Assembly (NCBI GenBank): GCA_034667685.1
Contig: JAXDQU010000006.1
Span: forward strand, 1-41,713
Source: Thermoplasmata archaeon
Lineage (GTDB): Archaea; Thermoplasmatota; SW-10-69-26; JACQPN01; JAJPHT01
Reading direction: 5' to 3'
Length of the DNA: 41,713 nucleotides
Shown: positions 26,996 through 35,022 of the stretch, piece by piece
Layout: every line of letters starts with the position of its first letter
Numbering within the stretch: the stretch's first letter is position 1
Made by a program: the position numbers and the translations under genes
The notes under the pieces: generated by a model
What the model saw: only the letters and a program-made list of their open reading frames with translations
Told to the model about the DNA's origin: nothing
The model's database searches: none

Positions 26996-28753
26996 ATGCG
27001 AACGGAAATCCTGATCCTTGGCCTGCTGCTCGGCGCCACCGCCTTCGGGGCCGTGGCCCCCGTCGCGCAGGCCGCCGGCGCGCAGCCCCACATCGCGATC
27101 GTCGTCGAGGAGAACCGCAACCTCAACCAGGTCATCGGCGCCTCCGACATGCCCTACCTCAACGGGCTGGCCTCGACGTACGCAAGCTTCGCCCACTGGG
27201 ACGGCGTGGCCCACCCCTCCGAGCCGAACTACATCGCGCTCGCCGCGGGCTCCACGATGGGCGTCAAGGACGACGGCCACTACGACTTCGGCGGCGCCAA
27301 CAACCTGGGCGCGCAGCTCACCGCCGCCGGCGTGTCGTGGAAGGCCTACTTCGAGGACATGCCTTCCGTGGGCTACATGGGCGACGTCTCCGGGCAGTAC
27401 GTCCGCAAGCACAACCCGTTCGCCGACTTCAACGGCAACGCGGCGCACATGGTTCCCGCCACGCAGTACGCGCAGGACCTCGCCGCGGGCACGCTGCCCA
27501 GCTTCATCTTCTACGTGCCCAACCTGCTCAACGACGGCCATGACGCCGGCAACCCGACGGTGAACGCCAACCTGAAGTCCGTCGTTGGGCCGCTCATGGC
27601 GAGCGCCTGGTACACGCAGGGCGCGGGCACCATCATCGTCACGTACGACGAGGACGAAGGACAGGGCGCCATCGCGCACGTCGTCATCTCGGAGAACGCG
27701 CGCTCGCACCAGACGTTCACGGGCAACCACTACGGCACGCTGCGCACCATCGAGGAGTCGTACGGCCTCCCGCTCCTGGGCGCGGCCGCCAGCGGCACCT
27801 CGTACCGCGCGATCCTGGGTGGCTCCCCCAGCCCCAGCCCCAGCCCTGGCCCGACCCCCAGCCCCGCGACGCTCACCATCAGCAGCGCGATGGACGCGTC
27901 GAGCTTCACGCAGGGCGGCACGGTGGGCGGCACGGTCACGGTGACGGCCAGCGCCGCGACCACGGTCAGCCGCATCGTGCTCGCCGCGCGCCCGCCCGGC
28001 GGCACCGTCAACGGCGGCCCCTACCTCGACGTGGGCGGGCAGGGCCCGATCACGCTCGCGGCCGGCGTGCCCCAGACGATCCACGTCTCGCGCGCGCTCG
28101 CCACGAGCGACCCCGTCGGCTCCTGGATCGCCTTCGGCGCCGTGCAGAAGGGCGACGGCACGTGGCAGAACGAGGCCACGACGCACGCCTTCAGCGTCTC
28201 GGCCGCCAACACGCCCGCGACGCCCCCGCCCACGCCCTTGCCCTCGCCCTCCCCGGGCGCCGCGGCCGTGACGTTCACGCCGCGCGCGGGCAACGCATGG
28301 TGGGTGCAGGTCGGCCTCTCGGGCGCGGATGCCGCGAGCGTCGTCAAGGTCGAGGCGATGCCCGCCGGCGGCGCGTGGCACACGCTCGCCAAGCAGAGCT
28401 GGGGCGACTGGGCCGCCAGCTTCTACGTGGGCAGCGCCGCGGTCTCGTACCGCGCGACGACCGCCGACGGCCGGGTCGCCACCAGCGGCGCGGGCGCGGG
28501 CGCGTCCAGCTTCGCGGCGACGTTCACCGGCATGCGCGGCAACGCCTGGTGGGTCGAGACGAACGTCGCGGCCGCCGGCGGCACGCTCGTGGGCGTGGAC
28601 GCCTCGATCAACGGCGGCGCGTGGGTCCCGCTCTCCCCCACGAGCTGGGGATCGTGGGCCAAGGGCATGAGCGCGCCCGCCGGCTCGCAGGTGCGCTTCC
28701 GCGCCGACGCGGCCGACGGATCGACCGTCGTGTCCGCCGCGAAGACCTGGTAG
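26996..28753 (+). CDS. Secreted phosphoesterase (acid phosphatase/phospholipase C family) with two C-terminal Trp-rich expansin-like domains
   Basis: Signal peptide; HIAIVVEENR, HPSEPNY, SWKAYFED, YVRKHNPF, PNLLNDGHD, TYDE, NHYGTLRTIE; PS linkers; two GNAWWV...W..L...SWG.W repeats. Confidence 0.85.
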   Translation: MRTEILILGLLLGATAFGAVAPVAQAAGAQPHIAIVVEENRNLNQVIGASDMPYLNGLASTYASFAHWDGVAHPSEPNYIALAAGSTMGVKDDGHYDFGGANNLGAQLTAAGVSWKAYFEDMPSVGYMGDVSGQYVRKHNPFADFNGNAAHMVPATQYAQDLAAGTLPSFIFYVPNLLNDGHDAGNPTVNANLKSVVGPLMASAWYTQGAGTIIVTYDEDEGQGAIAHVVISENARSHQTFTGNHYGTLRTIEESYGLPLLGAAASGTSYRAILGGSPSPSPSPGPTPSPATLTISSAMDASSFTQGGTVGGTVTVTASAATTVSRIVLAARPPGGTVNGGPYLDVGGQGPITLAAGVPQTIHVSRALATSDPVGSWIAFGAVQKGDGTWQNEATTHAFSVSAANTPATPPPTPLPSPSPGAAAVTFTPRAGNAWWVQVGLSGADAASVVKVEAMPAGGAWHTLAKQSWGDWAASFYVGSAAVSYRATTADGRVATSGAGAGASSFAATFTGMRGNAWWVETNVAAAGGTLVGVDASINGGAWVPLSPTSWGSWAKGMSAPAGSQVRFRADAADGSTVVSAAKTW

Positions 28754-28754
28754 G

Positions 28755-29657
28755 TCAAGGCGGCCCCATCGCCCGGCGCAGCGCGACGAGCTGCCGGGCG
28801 ATGAGGTCGTTCACGCGCGGGTCGGTCCAGTAGTGGCCGTGCGAGGCCGGGTTCCACGACGTCAGCGGGCCGCCCACGTCGACCGCGACGTCCTCGCGCA
28901 CCGCGCGCCGGTACGCCTCGTTGATGGGGCGCAGCGGCGAGCCGATCACGTCGTCCCGATCGTAGACGTTGGTCCAGCCGGCGCCCGCGGCCGCCAGGCG
29001 CGGGTCAAGGAGCGGCGAGGGGACGGTGATGGGCACGCCGTACTCCTTCGCCGGGTCCGCGCTCCGGTAACGCAGGCTCCAGAGCGCGATCGGGCTTCCC
29101 ATCGTCACGAGGTGCGAGAGCGTCTCCAGCCGCTCGAGCGGCGTCTCGCGCATCTCGCGCCGCACCGGCTCCGCGATGAGCGGCCGCTCGGGATCCTTGC
29201 GCGCGTGCTTCACGTGGCCCTGCTCGGTCTGCACGTCGTAGACGTAGTTGCTCGCGATGACCGTGCCCAGGCTGTGCGCCACGATCACGAGCGGCGCGTC
29301 GGGCCCGGCGCGGTCGGCGAGCTTGCGCAGCGTCGCCGCGAGCACCGCGTGGATGCCGTCGTAGACGTGGCGGTCGGTGGGCGTGGGCTGGTAGGCGACG
29401 GCGTCCCCCGCCGACTCCATGAGGAACTGCCGCAGGAAACGATAGCGCAGCCCATCCCCCGCCTCGACGCGGTCCAGCAGCCTTTCCTCGCGCGACTCCA
29501 GGACCGGCGACCACCACACGGGCTCGATCGCCAGGTCGTCCGCGCGCCCGCCGCCCCGGACGTAGCGCCGCGTGAGCGCGCCGCGCATCCCCTCGGCGAA
29601 GTCGGGGGGCGTGTTGCCGATGCCGTGGAGGATCGCGACGGCGATCTTGGAGGCCAT
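28755..29657 (-). CDS. Alpha/beta-hydrolase-fold protein
   Basis: ILHGIG, nucleophile elbow VAHSLG, VTMGSP, NVYDRDDVIG, SHGHYW. Confidence 0.75.
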   Translation of the reverse strand: MASKIAVAILHGIGNTPPDFAEGMRGALTRRYVRGGGRADDLAIEPVWWSPVLESREERLLDRVEAGDGLRYRFLRQFLMESAGDAVAYQPTPTDRHVYDGIHAVLAATLRKLADRAGPDAPLVIVAHSLGTVIASNYVYDVQTEQGHVKHARKDPERPLIAEPVRREMRETPLERLETLSHLVTMGSPIALWSLRYRSADPAKEYGVPITVPSPLLDPRLAAAGAGWTNVYDRDDVIGSPLRPINEAYRRAVREDVAVDVGGPLTSWNPASHGHYWTDPRVNDLIARQLVALRRAMGPP

Positions 29658-29890
29658 GCGCCAGCAATCGTCGCGGCCTGCTTGAACCCCTGGCTACCTG
29701 GCCGGCCAGAAAACCGCGGCGGAGGATGGGCCTCGACCCGGCCCGGAGCGGGCTCCGCGGGGTACTCCCGCGCTTCGTTCCTTCTTCGACGCGGAAGGAT
29801 CACCCGAATTGCTCGGTAACACGTCGCACCGTCTCGGAACAACCTTGCATGAGAGCTCGGCTGTAACGCGGGGGAACGCACCTCCGCGTG

Positions 29891-30355
29891 ATGCCTTTGA
29901 AGATCGCCACGATCGCAGTCGCCATCCTTTCCATCTTGACCGTCCTCTCGCCAACGGCCGCAGCCCGAGTCGCCCTGGGGCAGAAGTGCGCACCCGTTGA
30001 CGGCGTTGTCCCCGAGGTCTGCGCCACCGTCACGCTGGTCCTCCAGTCGGAGCCCGCAAGCTGGTGCACGAACCGTGGGGAGCCGGTGCCCTCCGGCGAG
30101 ACGTGCTATTCGATCGAATACGACCTCGTCGCCCACTCGATCCTTCCCGGTCTCTCCGCGAGCGGCGGCGGCGATCACTATGCCTTCGGCTGCCCCTCGC
30201 CTCCTCAGACCGAGGCTCCGGCGGCCTACTCCTGCACGGTGGGGCCCTTCCCGCTGGCCGCGGTCTCTCCCCACTGCGACGAGGTGCACGGGCGGGCCGC
30301 GGACCTTCTCTTCACGACCGACCTTGCCAGCACGGGGCGCGTCTGCGTGACCTAG
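29891..30355 (+). CDS. Small secreted protein with 8 Cys and atypical codon usage
   Basis: Signal peptide KIATIAVAILSILTVLSPTAAA; 8 Cys; more A/T-ending codons than its neighbours. Confidence 0.6.
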   Translation: MPLKIATIAVAILSILTVLSPTAAARVALGQKCAPVDGVVPEVCATVTLVLQSEPASWCTNRGEPVPSGETCYSIEYDLVAHSILPGLSASGGGDHYAFGCPSPPQTEAPAAYSCTVGPFPLAAVSPHCDEVHGRAADLLFTTDLASTGRVCVT

Positions 30356-30400
30356 GGCACAACACCCGGACGTCCCGGGCCGGGGTCGAGTCGTGCGCCG

Positions 30401-31555
30401 TCAGTACTTCGGCACGCTCGGATCGACCTCGTCGGACCAGGCGAGAATCCCGCCATCGAGGTTCCAGACGCGCTTGAATCCCAGCGTCTGGAGGAGCGCG
30501 AGGGCGCGGGCGCTCCGCACGCCGCTGCGGCAGTGGAGCACGATGTCCTCGTTCTGGGGAAGCTCGGCCGCGCGCATGGCGATCTCGTTCAGGGGGACGA
30601 GCTTGGCGCCCGGGATGCGGGCGATCTCGGCCTCGTGGGGCTCGCGCACGTCGACGAGGAGGACGTCGCGTTTCGCGAGGCGCTCCGCGAGCGCCTGGGC
30701 CGAGATGCTCGGGATCCCCTCCGGCACTTCCTCTTCCTCGCCGCGGATGCCGCAGAACTCCTCGTAGTCGATGAGCTCGGTGATCGTGGCGTCCTTGCCG
30801 CAGATGGGGCAGGCCGGATCCTTCGCGAGCTGGAGCTTGGTGAACGACTGGTCGAGCGCGTCGTAGAGCAGCAGCTTGCCGATGAGCGGTTCGCCGCGCC
30901 CGATGATGAGCTTGATCGCCTCGCTGGCCTGGATCGAGCCCATGATGCCCGGCAGCACGCCCAGCACGCCGCCCTCGGCGCAGGAGGGCACGAGGCCCGG
31001 CGGCGGGGGCTTGGCGTAGAGGCAGCGGTAACAGGGCCCCTTGCGCGCGTCGAAGACGCTGGCCTGCCCCTCGAAGCGGAAGATGCTCGCGTAGACGTTG
31101 GGCTTGCCCTGCAGCACGCTGACGTCGTTGGCGAGGTAGCGCGTCGGGAAGTTGTCCGTCCCGTCGAGGATGATATCGTAATCGCGCAGCAGGTCGTGCG
31201 CGTTGGCGGACGTGAAGCGCGCGTCGTGCTCGTGGATCGTCACGTGCGGGTTGAGCCCGCGCAGGCGCTCGGCCGCCGCCTTCACCTTGGGCTTGCCCAC
31301 GTCGCTGGCGCTGAAGAGCACCTGGCGGTGGAGGTTCGACGCCTCGATGCGGTCGAAGTCCACGAGGCCCAGCGTGCCCACGCCCGCGGCGGCCAGGTAG
31401 AGCGAGGCCGGCGCGCCCAGGCCGCCCGTGCCCACGACGAGCACGCGCGCGTCCTTGAGCCGCTCCTGCCCCTTCATGCCGACCTCGGGCAGGATCAGGT
31501 GGCGGGCGTAGTGCGCGATCTCTTGGTTGGAGAGCTTCGCCGTGAGATCAGCCAC
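30401..31555 (-). CDS. moeB: E1-like adenylyltransferase with C-terminal rhodanese (MoeB/MoeZ type)
   Basis: YARHLILPEVG..GQ, VVGTGGLG, SNLHRQ, DGTDNFPTRY, PCYRC, PSCAEGGVLG, CPIC, rhodanese LHCRSGVRS. Confidence 0.93.
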   Translation of the reverse strand: MADLTAKLSNQEIAHYARHLILPEVGMKGQERLKDARVLVVGTGGLGAPASLYLAAAGVGTLGLVDFDRIEASNLHRQVLFSASDVGKPKVKAAAERLRGLNPHVTIHEHDARFTSANAHDLLRDYDIILDGTDNFPTRYLANDVSVLQGKPNVYASIFRFEGQASVFDARKGPCYRCLYAKPPPPGLVPSCAEGGVLGVLPGIMGSIQASEAIKLIIGRGEPLIGKLLLYDALDQSFTKLQLAKDPACPICGKDATITELIDYEEFCGIRGEEEEVPEGIPSISAQALAERLAKRDVLLVDVREPHEAEIARIPGAKLVPLNEIAMRAAELPQNEDIVLHCRSGVRSARALALLQTLGFKRVWNLDGGILAWSDEVDPSVPKY

Positions 31556-31823
31556 CTGCGACGCTGGGCACGATCAGCAGCGTGTCGCCCGCGCGCACCG
31601 GCGTCGCGCCGCCGGAGAGCTCGCGCACGTCCTTCTCGCCCAGGTAGACGTTCACGAAGCTGCGCAGCTTCCCGTCGTCCTCGTAGAGGTGCGGCTTGAG
31701 CGCGGGGTGCTTGGCGACGAGCGCGGCGAGCGCCTCGGCGACGCTGGCCGCCTGCACGGTGGAGCGCGCCTCCTGGCCTGCGTACGCGCGCAGGGCGGTG
31801 GGGATCCGGACGGTGACGGTCAC
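31548..31823 (-). CDS. Ubiquitin-like sulfur carrier / SAMP (MoaD/ThiS/CysO family)
   Basis: VRIPTALR, FVNVYLGEKDVR, C-terminal VPSVAGG; its stop overlaps the moeB start. Confidence 0.9.
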   Translation of the reverse strand: MTVTVRIPTALRAYAGQEARSTVQAASVAEALAALVAKHPALKPHLYEDDGKLRSFVNVYLGEKDVRELSGGATPVRAGDTLLIVPSVAGG

Positions 31824-31876
31824 GGGCTTCCCTAGGTCGTCCGGGTTGAAAAAGGCGGGTTCGCGGCAAGCGATGG

Positions 31877-31944
31877 GGGCTCGGGGCCGGACTCAGGACT
31901 CGGGGCTCCGGAGCCTTGAGTCCTGAGTCCGGAGCCCCGAGCCC
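31877..31944. repeat. Palindrome with GGACTCA/GGGCTCG heptamer arms
   Basis: GGGCTCGGGGCCGGACTCAGGACTC pairs with GAGTCCTGAGTCCGGAGCCCCGAGCCC (2-nt bulge); inner GGCTC/GAGCC stem. Confidence 0.85.
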
Positions 31945-32261
31945 TACCATCGTCCGGCGAGGACGTCAGGCAACCGCTGGGCGAACGCCCCGCGCGTGAT
32001 CGCCACGCCGCCGAGCGCGCGGACGGCCTCGGCGCGGTGCTCCTCGACGTGGGGATAGCAGGCGAGGATCGGGACGTCGGGGCGCGCGGCGCGGAGGGCG
32101 CGGAGCCGTTCCTCCACGCCGGGCGCGCTGACGTCGGCGACGACACGGTCGAACGCGCCGCCCTCCTGATATCGGAGCTCGACGCCCGCGGCCTTCGCGG
32201 CTTCGTTGAGCTTCGGCTTGAAGAAGAGGTCGAAGCCCAGGCAGAGCACGACGTCGCTCAT
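31944..32261 (-). CDS. Small receiver-domain-like protein (105 aa)
   Basis: DLFF..KL...A...GV, VVADV, PILACYPHV, TRGAF...L resembles stand-alone degenerate receiver proteins; ATGA overlap with the upstream gene. Confidence 0.6.
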   Translation of the reverse strand: MSDVVLCLGFDLFFKPKLNEAAKAAGVELRYQEGGAFDRVVADVSAPGVEERLRALRAARPDVPILACYPHVEEHRAEAVRALGGVAITRGAFAQRLPDVLAGRW

Positions 32262-32722
32262 CGGCGCCGCCCCAGCAGAAGCACGGCCGCGCCGAGGGCG
32301 ACGACGAGCGCGGCGGGCCCGAATCCGGGGCTCTTCGCGGCCGGGGTCGACGAGGTGGCGTTGGCCGCCTGCACGACGAGCACGCCCGCCATGCCCTGGC
32401 CCGGCTCGGTGGCGGGGCCGGCGTGGTACTTGCAGTAGAACTTGTACTCGCCCGGCGCGGTGGGCGCGGTGAACGTCGCGTCGCCGCCTGGCGCGAGCGA
32501 GACGTCGAACGACTTGTCCACGGCGCTCAGCGTGTGCGGCTCCTGGCCCGCGTCGTGGACCGTGACGGTGGCGCCGGGCGCGACGGCGAGGCGCAGCGGG
32601 TCGTAATGATAGCCCGGCCCGCCGCCGCTGCCGTCGTCCACGGCGTTGATCCGCGCGGCGTCCTGGCCCTGCGCGAGGCTTGCCACGAGGGGCAACAGCA
32701 GCAGGGCCAGGAGCGCGCGCAC
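32258..32722 (-). CDS. Plastocyanin/halocyanin-like copper protein with PGF-CTERM anchor
   Basis: Signal peptide; Y.P..LAVAPGATVTV, PHTL, YKFYCKYH...GM; C-terminal SPGF + TM + RRR. Confidence 0.88.
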   Translation of the reverse strand: MRALLALLLLPLVASLAQGQDAARINAVDDGSGGGPGYHYDPLRLAVAPGATVTVHDAGQEPHTLSAVDKSFDVSLAPGGDATFTAPTAPGEYKFYCKYHAGPATEPGQGMAGVLVVQAANATSSTPAAKSPGFGPAALVVALGAAVLLLGRRR

Positions 32723-32731
32723 CGGATCGCC

Positions 32732-33964
32732 TCAGCTCGACGTGACGGAGGCCTCGGGCGTGAGGTCGCCGGGGGTGCCGAAGGGGCCGCCCAGCACGTG
32801 GCCGCGCAGGTAGAGCGTGCCGCTCGCCGGCATGGTCAGCGTCGAGCAGAACGGCCCGGGCAGGTCGTAGCCCGCGCTGGCCGCGCTCGTGGCGCCTCCG
32901 GGGTACGTCGCGCCGCCCTTGTAGTCCGCGAAGGTGGTCGCGGTCGGGTGGCTCGCCGTGTCCCAGTGGACGGCCGTGTGTGGGACGTGGACGCCGGGGG
33001 CGTCGACGCGCCAGCAGACTGGGACGGAGGCGCCCGCCGCCGCGTGCAGGGGGAGCGACACGATGCTGACGGGCGAGCCCACGTCGATGCTCTGCTCCTC
33101 GCTGAGGTTGCCGGGGTTGGCGAAGCTGCCGCCCAGGACGTGCGCGCGGAAGTAGAGCGTGCCGCTCGCGGGCATCGCGAGGTTGGCGCAGAAGGGCCCG
33201 GGCAGGTCGTAGCCCGCCGCGGCGGCCGTGGTCCCGTTGTCCGGGTAGACGGCGCCGCCCTTGTAGTCCGAGAAGGCGGTGCTGTTCGGGTGGCTGGTCG
33301 TGTCGAAGTGGATCGCGGTGTGCGGCACGTGCTCGGTGGCGCCCGCGACCGTCCAGCAGACGGTGACGTTCGTCCCGGCGGGCGCGACCTCGGCCACGTC
33401 GCCCACGAAGTGGACGGACGAGGCGTTGCCCACGGCGAAGCTGTGCTCGGGGGAGAGCGTGCCGGGGAGCGCCGGCGGGTTGAGGGCGTGGCCGCGGAAG
33501 TAGACCATGCCGCTCGTGGAGGGCGCGGTCACGTTCGTGCAGAAGGTCGCCGGCAGGTCGTAGCCCGCGGCGTCGGGGGCGCTCTTGTCGTTGGGGTACA
33601 TGGCGCCGCCCGTGTACGCCGCGAAGGTCGTGGCGTTGGGGTGGCTCGCCGTGTCCCAGTGGACCGCGACGTGCGGGACGTGGCCGCTGCCCTCGACGCG
33701 CCAGCAGACGTACGCCATCGCGCCGGGCTCGACGCGCTCCGGGGCGCTGACGACCTCGACCGCGGTGATCGTGGCGCCGGTGAGCGGCGTCGTGGGGACC
33801 GTGGGCGTGCTGGGCGTCGTGACGAGGGGCGTGGAGGAGGCCGGCGTCGACGAGGCGGGCGTGCTGGACGCGGGCGTCGAGGTGCTCGGGCTCGTGTCGT
33901 TGGACGCGCAGCCGGCGAGGGCGACGGCGCCCACGAGCAGCGCGATGAGGACCGTTCGGTTCAT
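32732..33964 (-). CDS. Lipoprotein with three tandem His/Cys-containing ~115-aa repeats
   Basis: Lipobox LAGC, S/T/P linker, three copies of VCW.V....HVPH.A[VI]H[WF]DT.SHP...GYDLP..FC...Y[FL]R[GA]H. Confidence 0.85.
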   Translation of the reverse strand: MNRTVLIALLVGAVALAGCASNDTSPSTSTPASSTPASSTPASSTPLVTTPSTPTVPTTPLTGATITAVEVVSAPERVEPGAMAYVCWRVEGSGHVPHVAVHWDTASHPNATTFAAYTGGAMYPNDKSAPDAAGYDLPATFCTNVTAPSTSGMVYFRGHALNPPALPGTLSPEHSFAVGNASSVHFVGDVAEVAPAGTNVTVCWTVAGATEHVPHTAIHFDTTSHPNSTAFSDYKGGAVYPDNGTTAAAAGYDLPGPFCANLAMPASGTLYFRAHVLGGSFANPGNLSEEQSIDVGSPVSIVSLPLHAAAGASVPVCWRVDAPGVHVPHTAVHWDTASHPTATTFADYKGGATYPGGATSAASAGYDLPGPFCSTLTMPASGTLYLRGHVLGGPFGTPGDLTPEASVTSS

Positions 33965-34068
33965 CGCGGGGCGCAGCGCCCACGCACGCATAATCGTTCC
34001 GTCTGGAAGAAACGATCAGGTAACCTCGGCCCGCAACGTTGATCCCGCGAGGGGCCCTCGCCCCCTTG

Positions 34069-34131
34069 ATGCGCGCCTGCGCCGCGGTCCGGAGGGGTTG
34101 TCATCACGCCCCGCCTGCTCGCCCCGCGTAG
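34069..34131 (+). promoter_or_regulatory. Candidate his leader uORF (MRACAAVRRGCHHAPPARPA)
   Basis: 20-codon ORF with adjacent CAT-CAC, ending 24 nt before hisG; its ATG lies about 27 nt after AACGTTGATC. Confidence 0.4.
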
Positions 34132-34155
34132 ACCAGCCGCGCGGAGGTTTTTCCC

Positions 34156-35022
34156 GTGCTGAAGATCGCCGTCCCCAACAAGGGGCGCCTGAGCGAAGCG
34201 ACCCTCGACCTGTTCCGCAAGGCCGGCATGAAGGTGGAGTCCTCGCAGGAGCGCAAGCTCTACGCCACCGCGCTCGACAAGACCGTTCAGATCCTCTTCG
34301 TCCGCGCCAACGACATCCCCGGCTTCGTCCAGGACGGGGTCGCGCACCTGGGCGTCACCGGCAAGGACATCCTCGAAGAGGAAGGCAAGGCGGTGCGCGA
34401 GCTGATGGACCTCCACTACGGCCACTGCCGCCTCGTGGTCGCCGTGCCCGAGGCCAGCGGCATCCAGGACGCCAAGGACGTGCCCGAGGGCTCGCGCGTC
34501 GCCACCTCGTTCCCCAACCTGGCCGCGCGCTTCTTCGCCGACCACGGCCGCAACGTCAAGGTCGTGCAGGTCAGCGGCGCCACCGAGATCACGCCGCACA
34601 TCGGCGTGGCCGACCTCATCGTCGACCTCACGAGCAGCGGCAGCACGCTGGCGATGAACAACCTGCGCGAGATCGCCACCATCGTCCCGAGCACCGCGCG
34701 TCTCGTCGCCAACGGCAAGGCGATGGACGACCCGAAGCTGAAGCCGCGCATCGAGTCGATCCTCGCCTCGCTCCAATCCGTCGTGCAGGCGCGCGGCAAG
34801 CGCTACCTCATGGCGAACGTCCCCAAAGGGCGCCTCGACGAGGTGCGCCGCATCCTGCCGGGCATCAGCGGCCCGACCATCATGGACATCCTGAGCCACC
34901 CCGAGCTCGTGGCCGCGCACGCGGTCGTCGACGAGGGCGCGCTCTTCGACGTGGTGAACCGCCTCAAGTCCATCGGCGCGACGGGCATCCTCGTGCTGCC
35001 CATCGAAAGGCTGGTTCCATGA
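34156..35022 (+). CDS. hisG: ATP phosphoribosyltransferase (long form)
   Basis: IAVPNKGRL, RANDIP, GVTGKD, VATSFP, GATE, DLTSSGSTL, C-terminal LPGISGPTI; GGAGGT SD. Confidence 0.96.
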   Translation: MLKIAVPNKGRLSEATLDLFRKAGMKVESSQERKLYATALDKTVQILFVRANDIPGFVQDGVAHLGVTGKDILEEEGKAVRELMDLHYGHCRLVVAVPEASGIQDAKDVPEGSRVATSFPNLAARFFADHGRNVKVVQVSGATEITPHIGVADLIVDLTSSGSTLAMNNLREIATIVPSTARLVANGKAMDDPKLKPRIESILASLQSVVQARGKRYLMANVPKGRLDEVRRILPGISGPTIMDILSHPELVAAHAVVDEGALFDVVNRLKSIGATGILVLPIERLVP

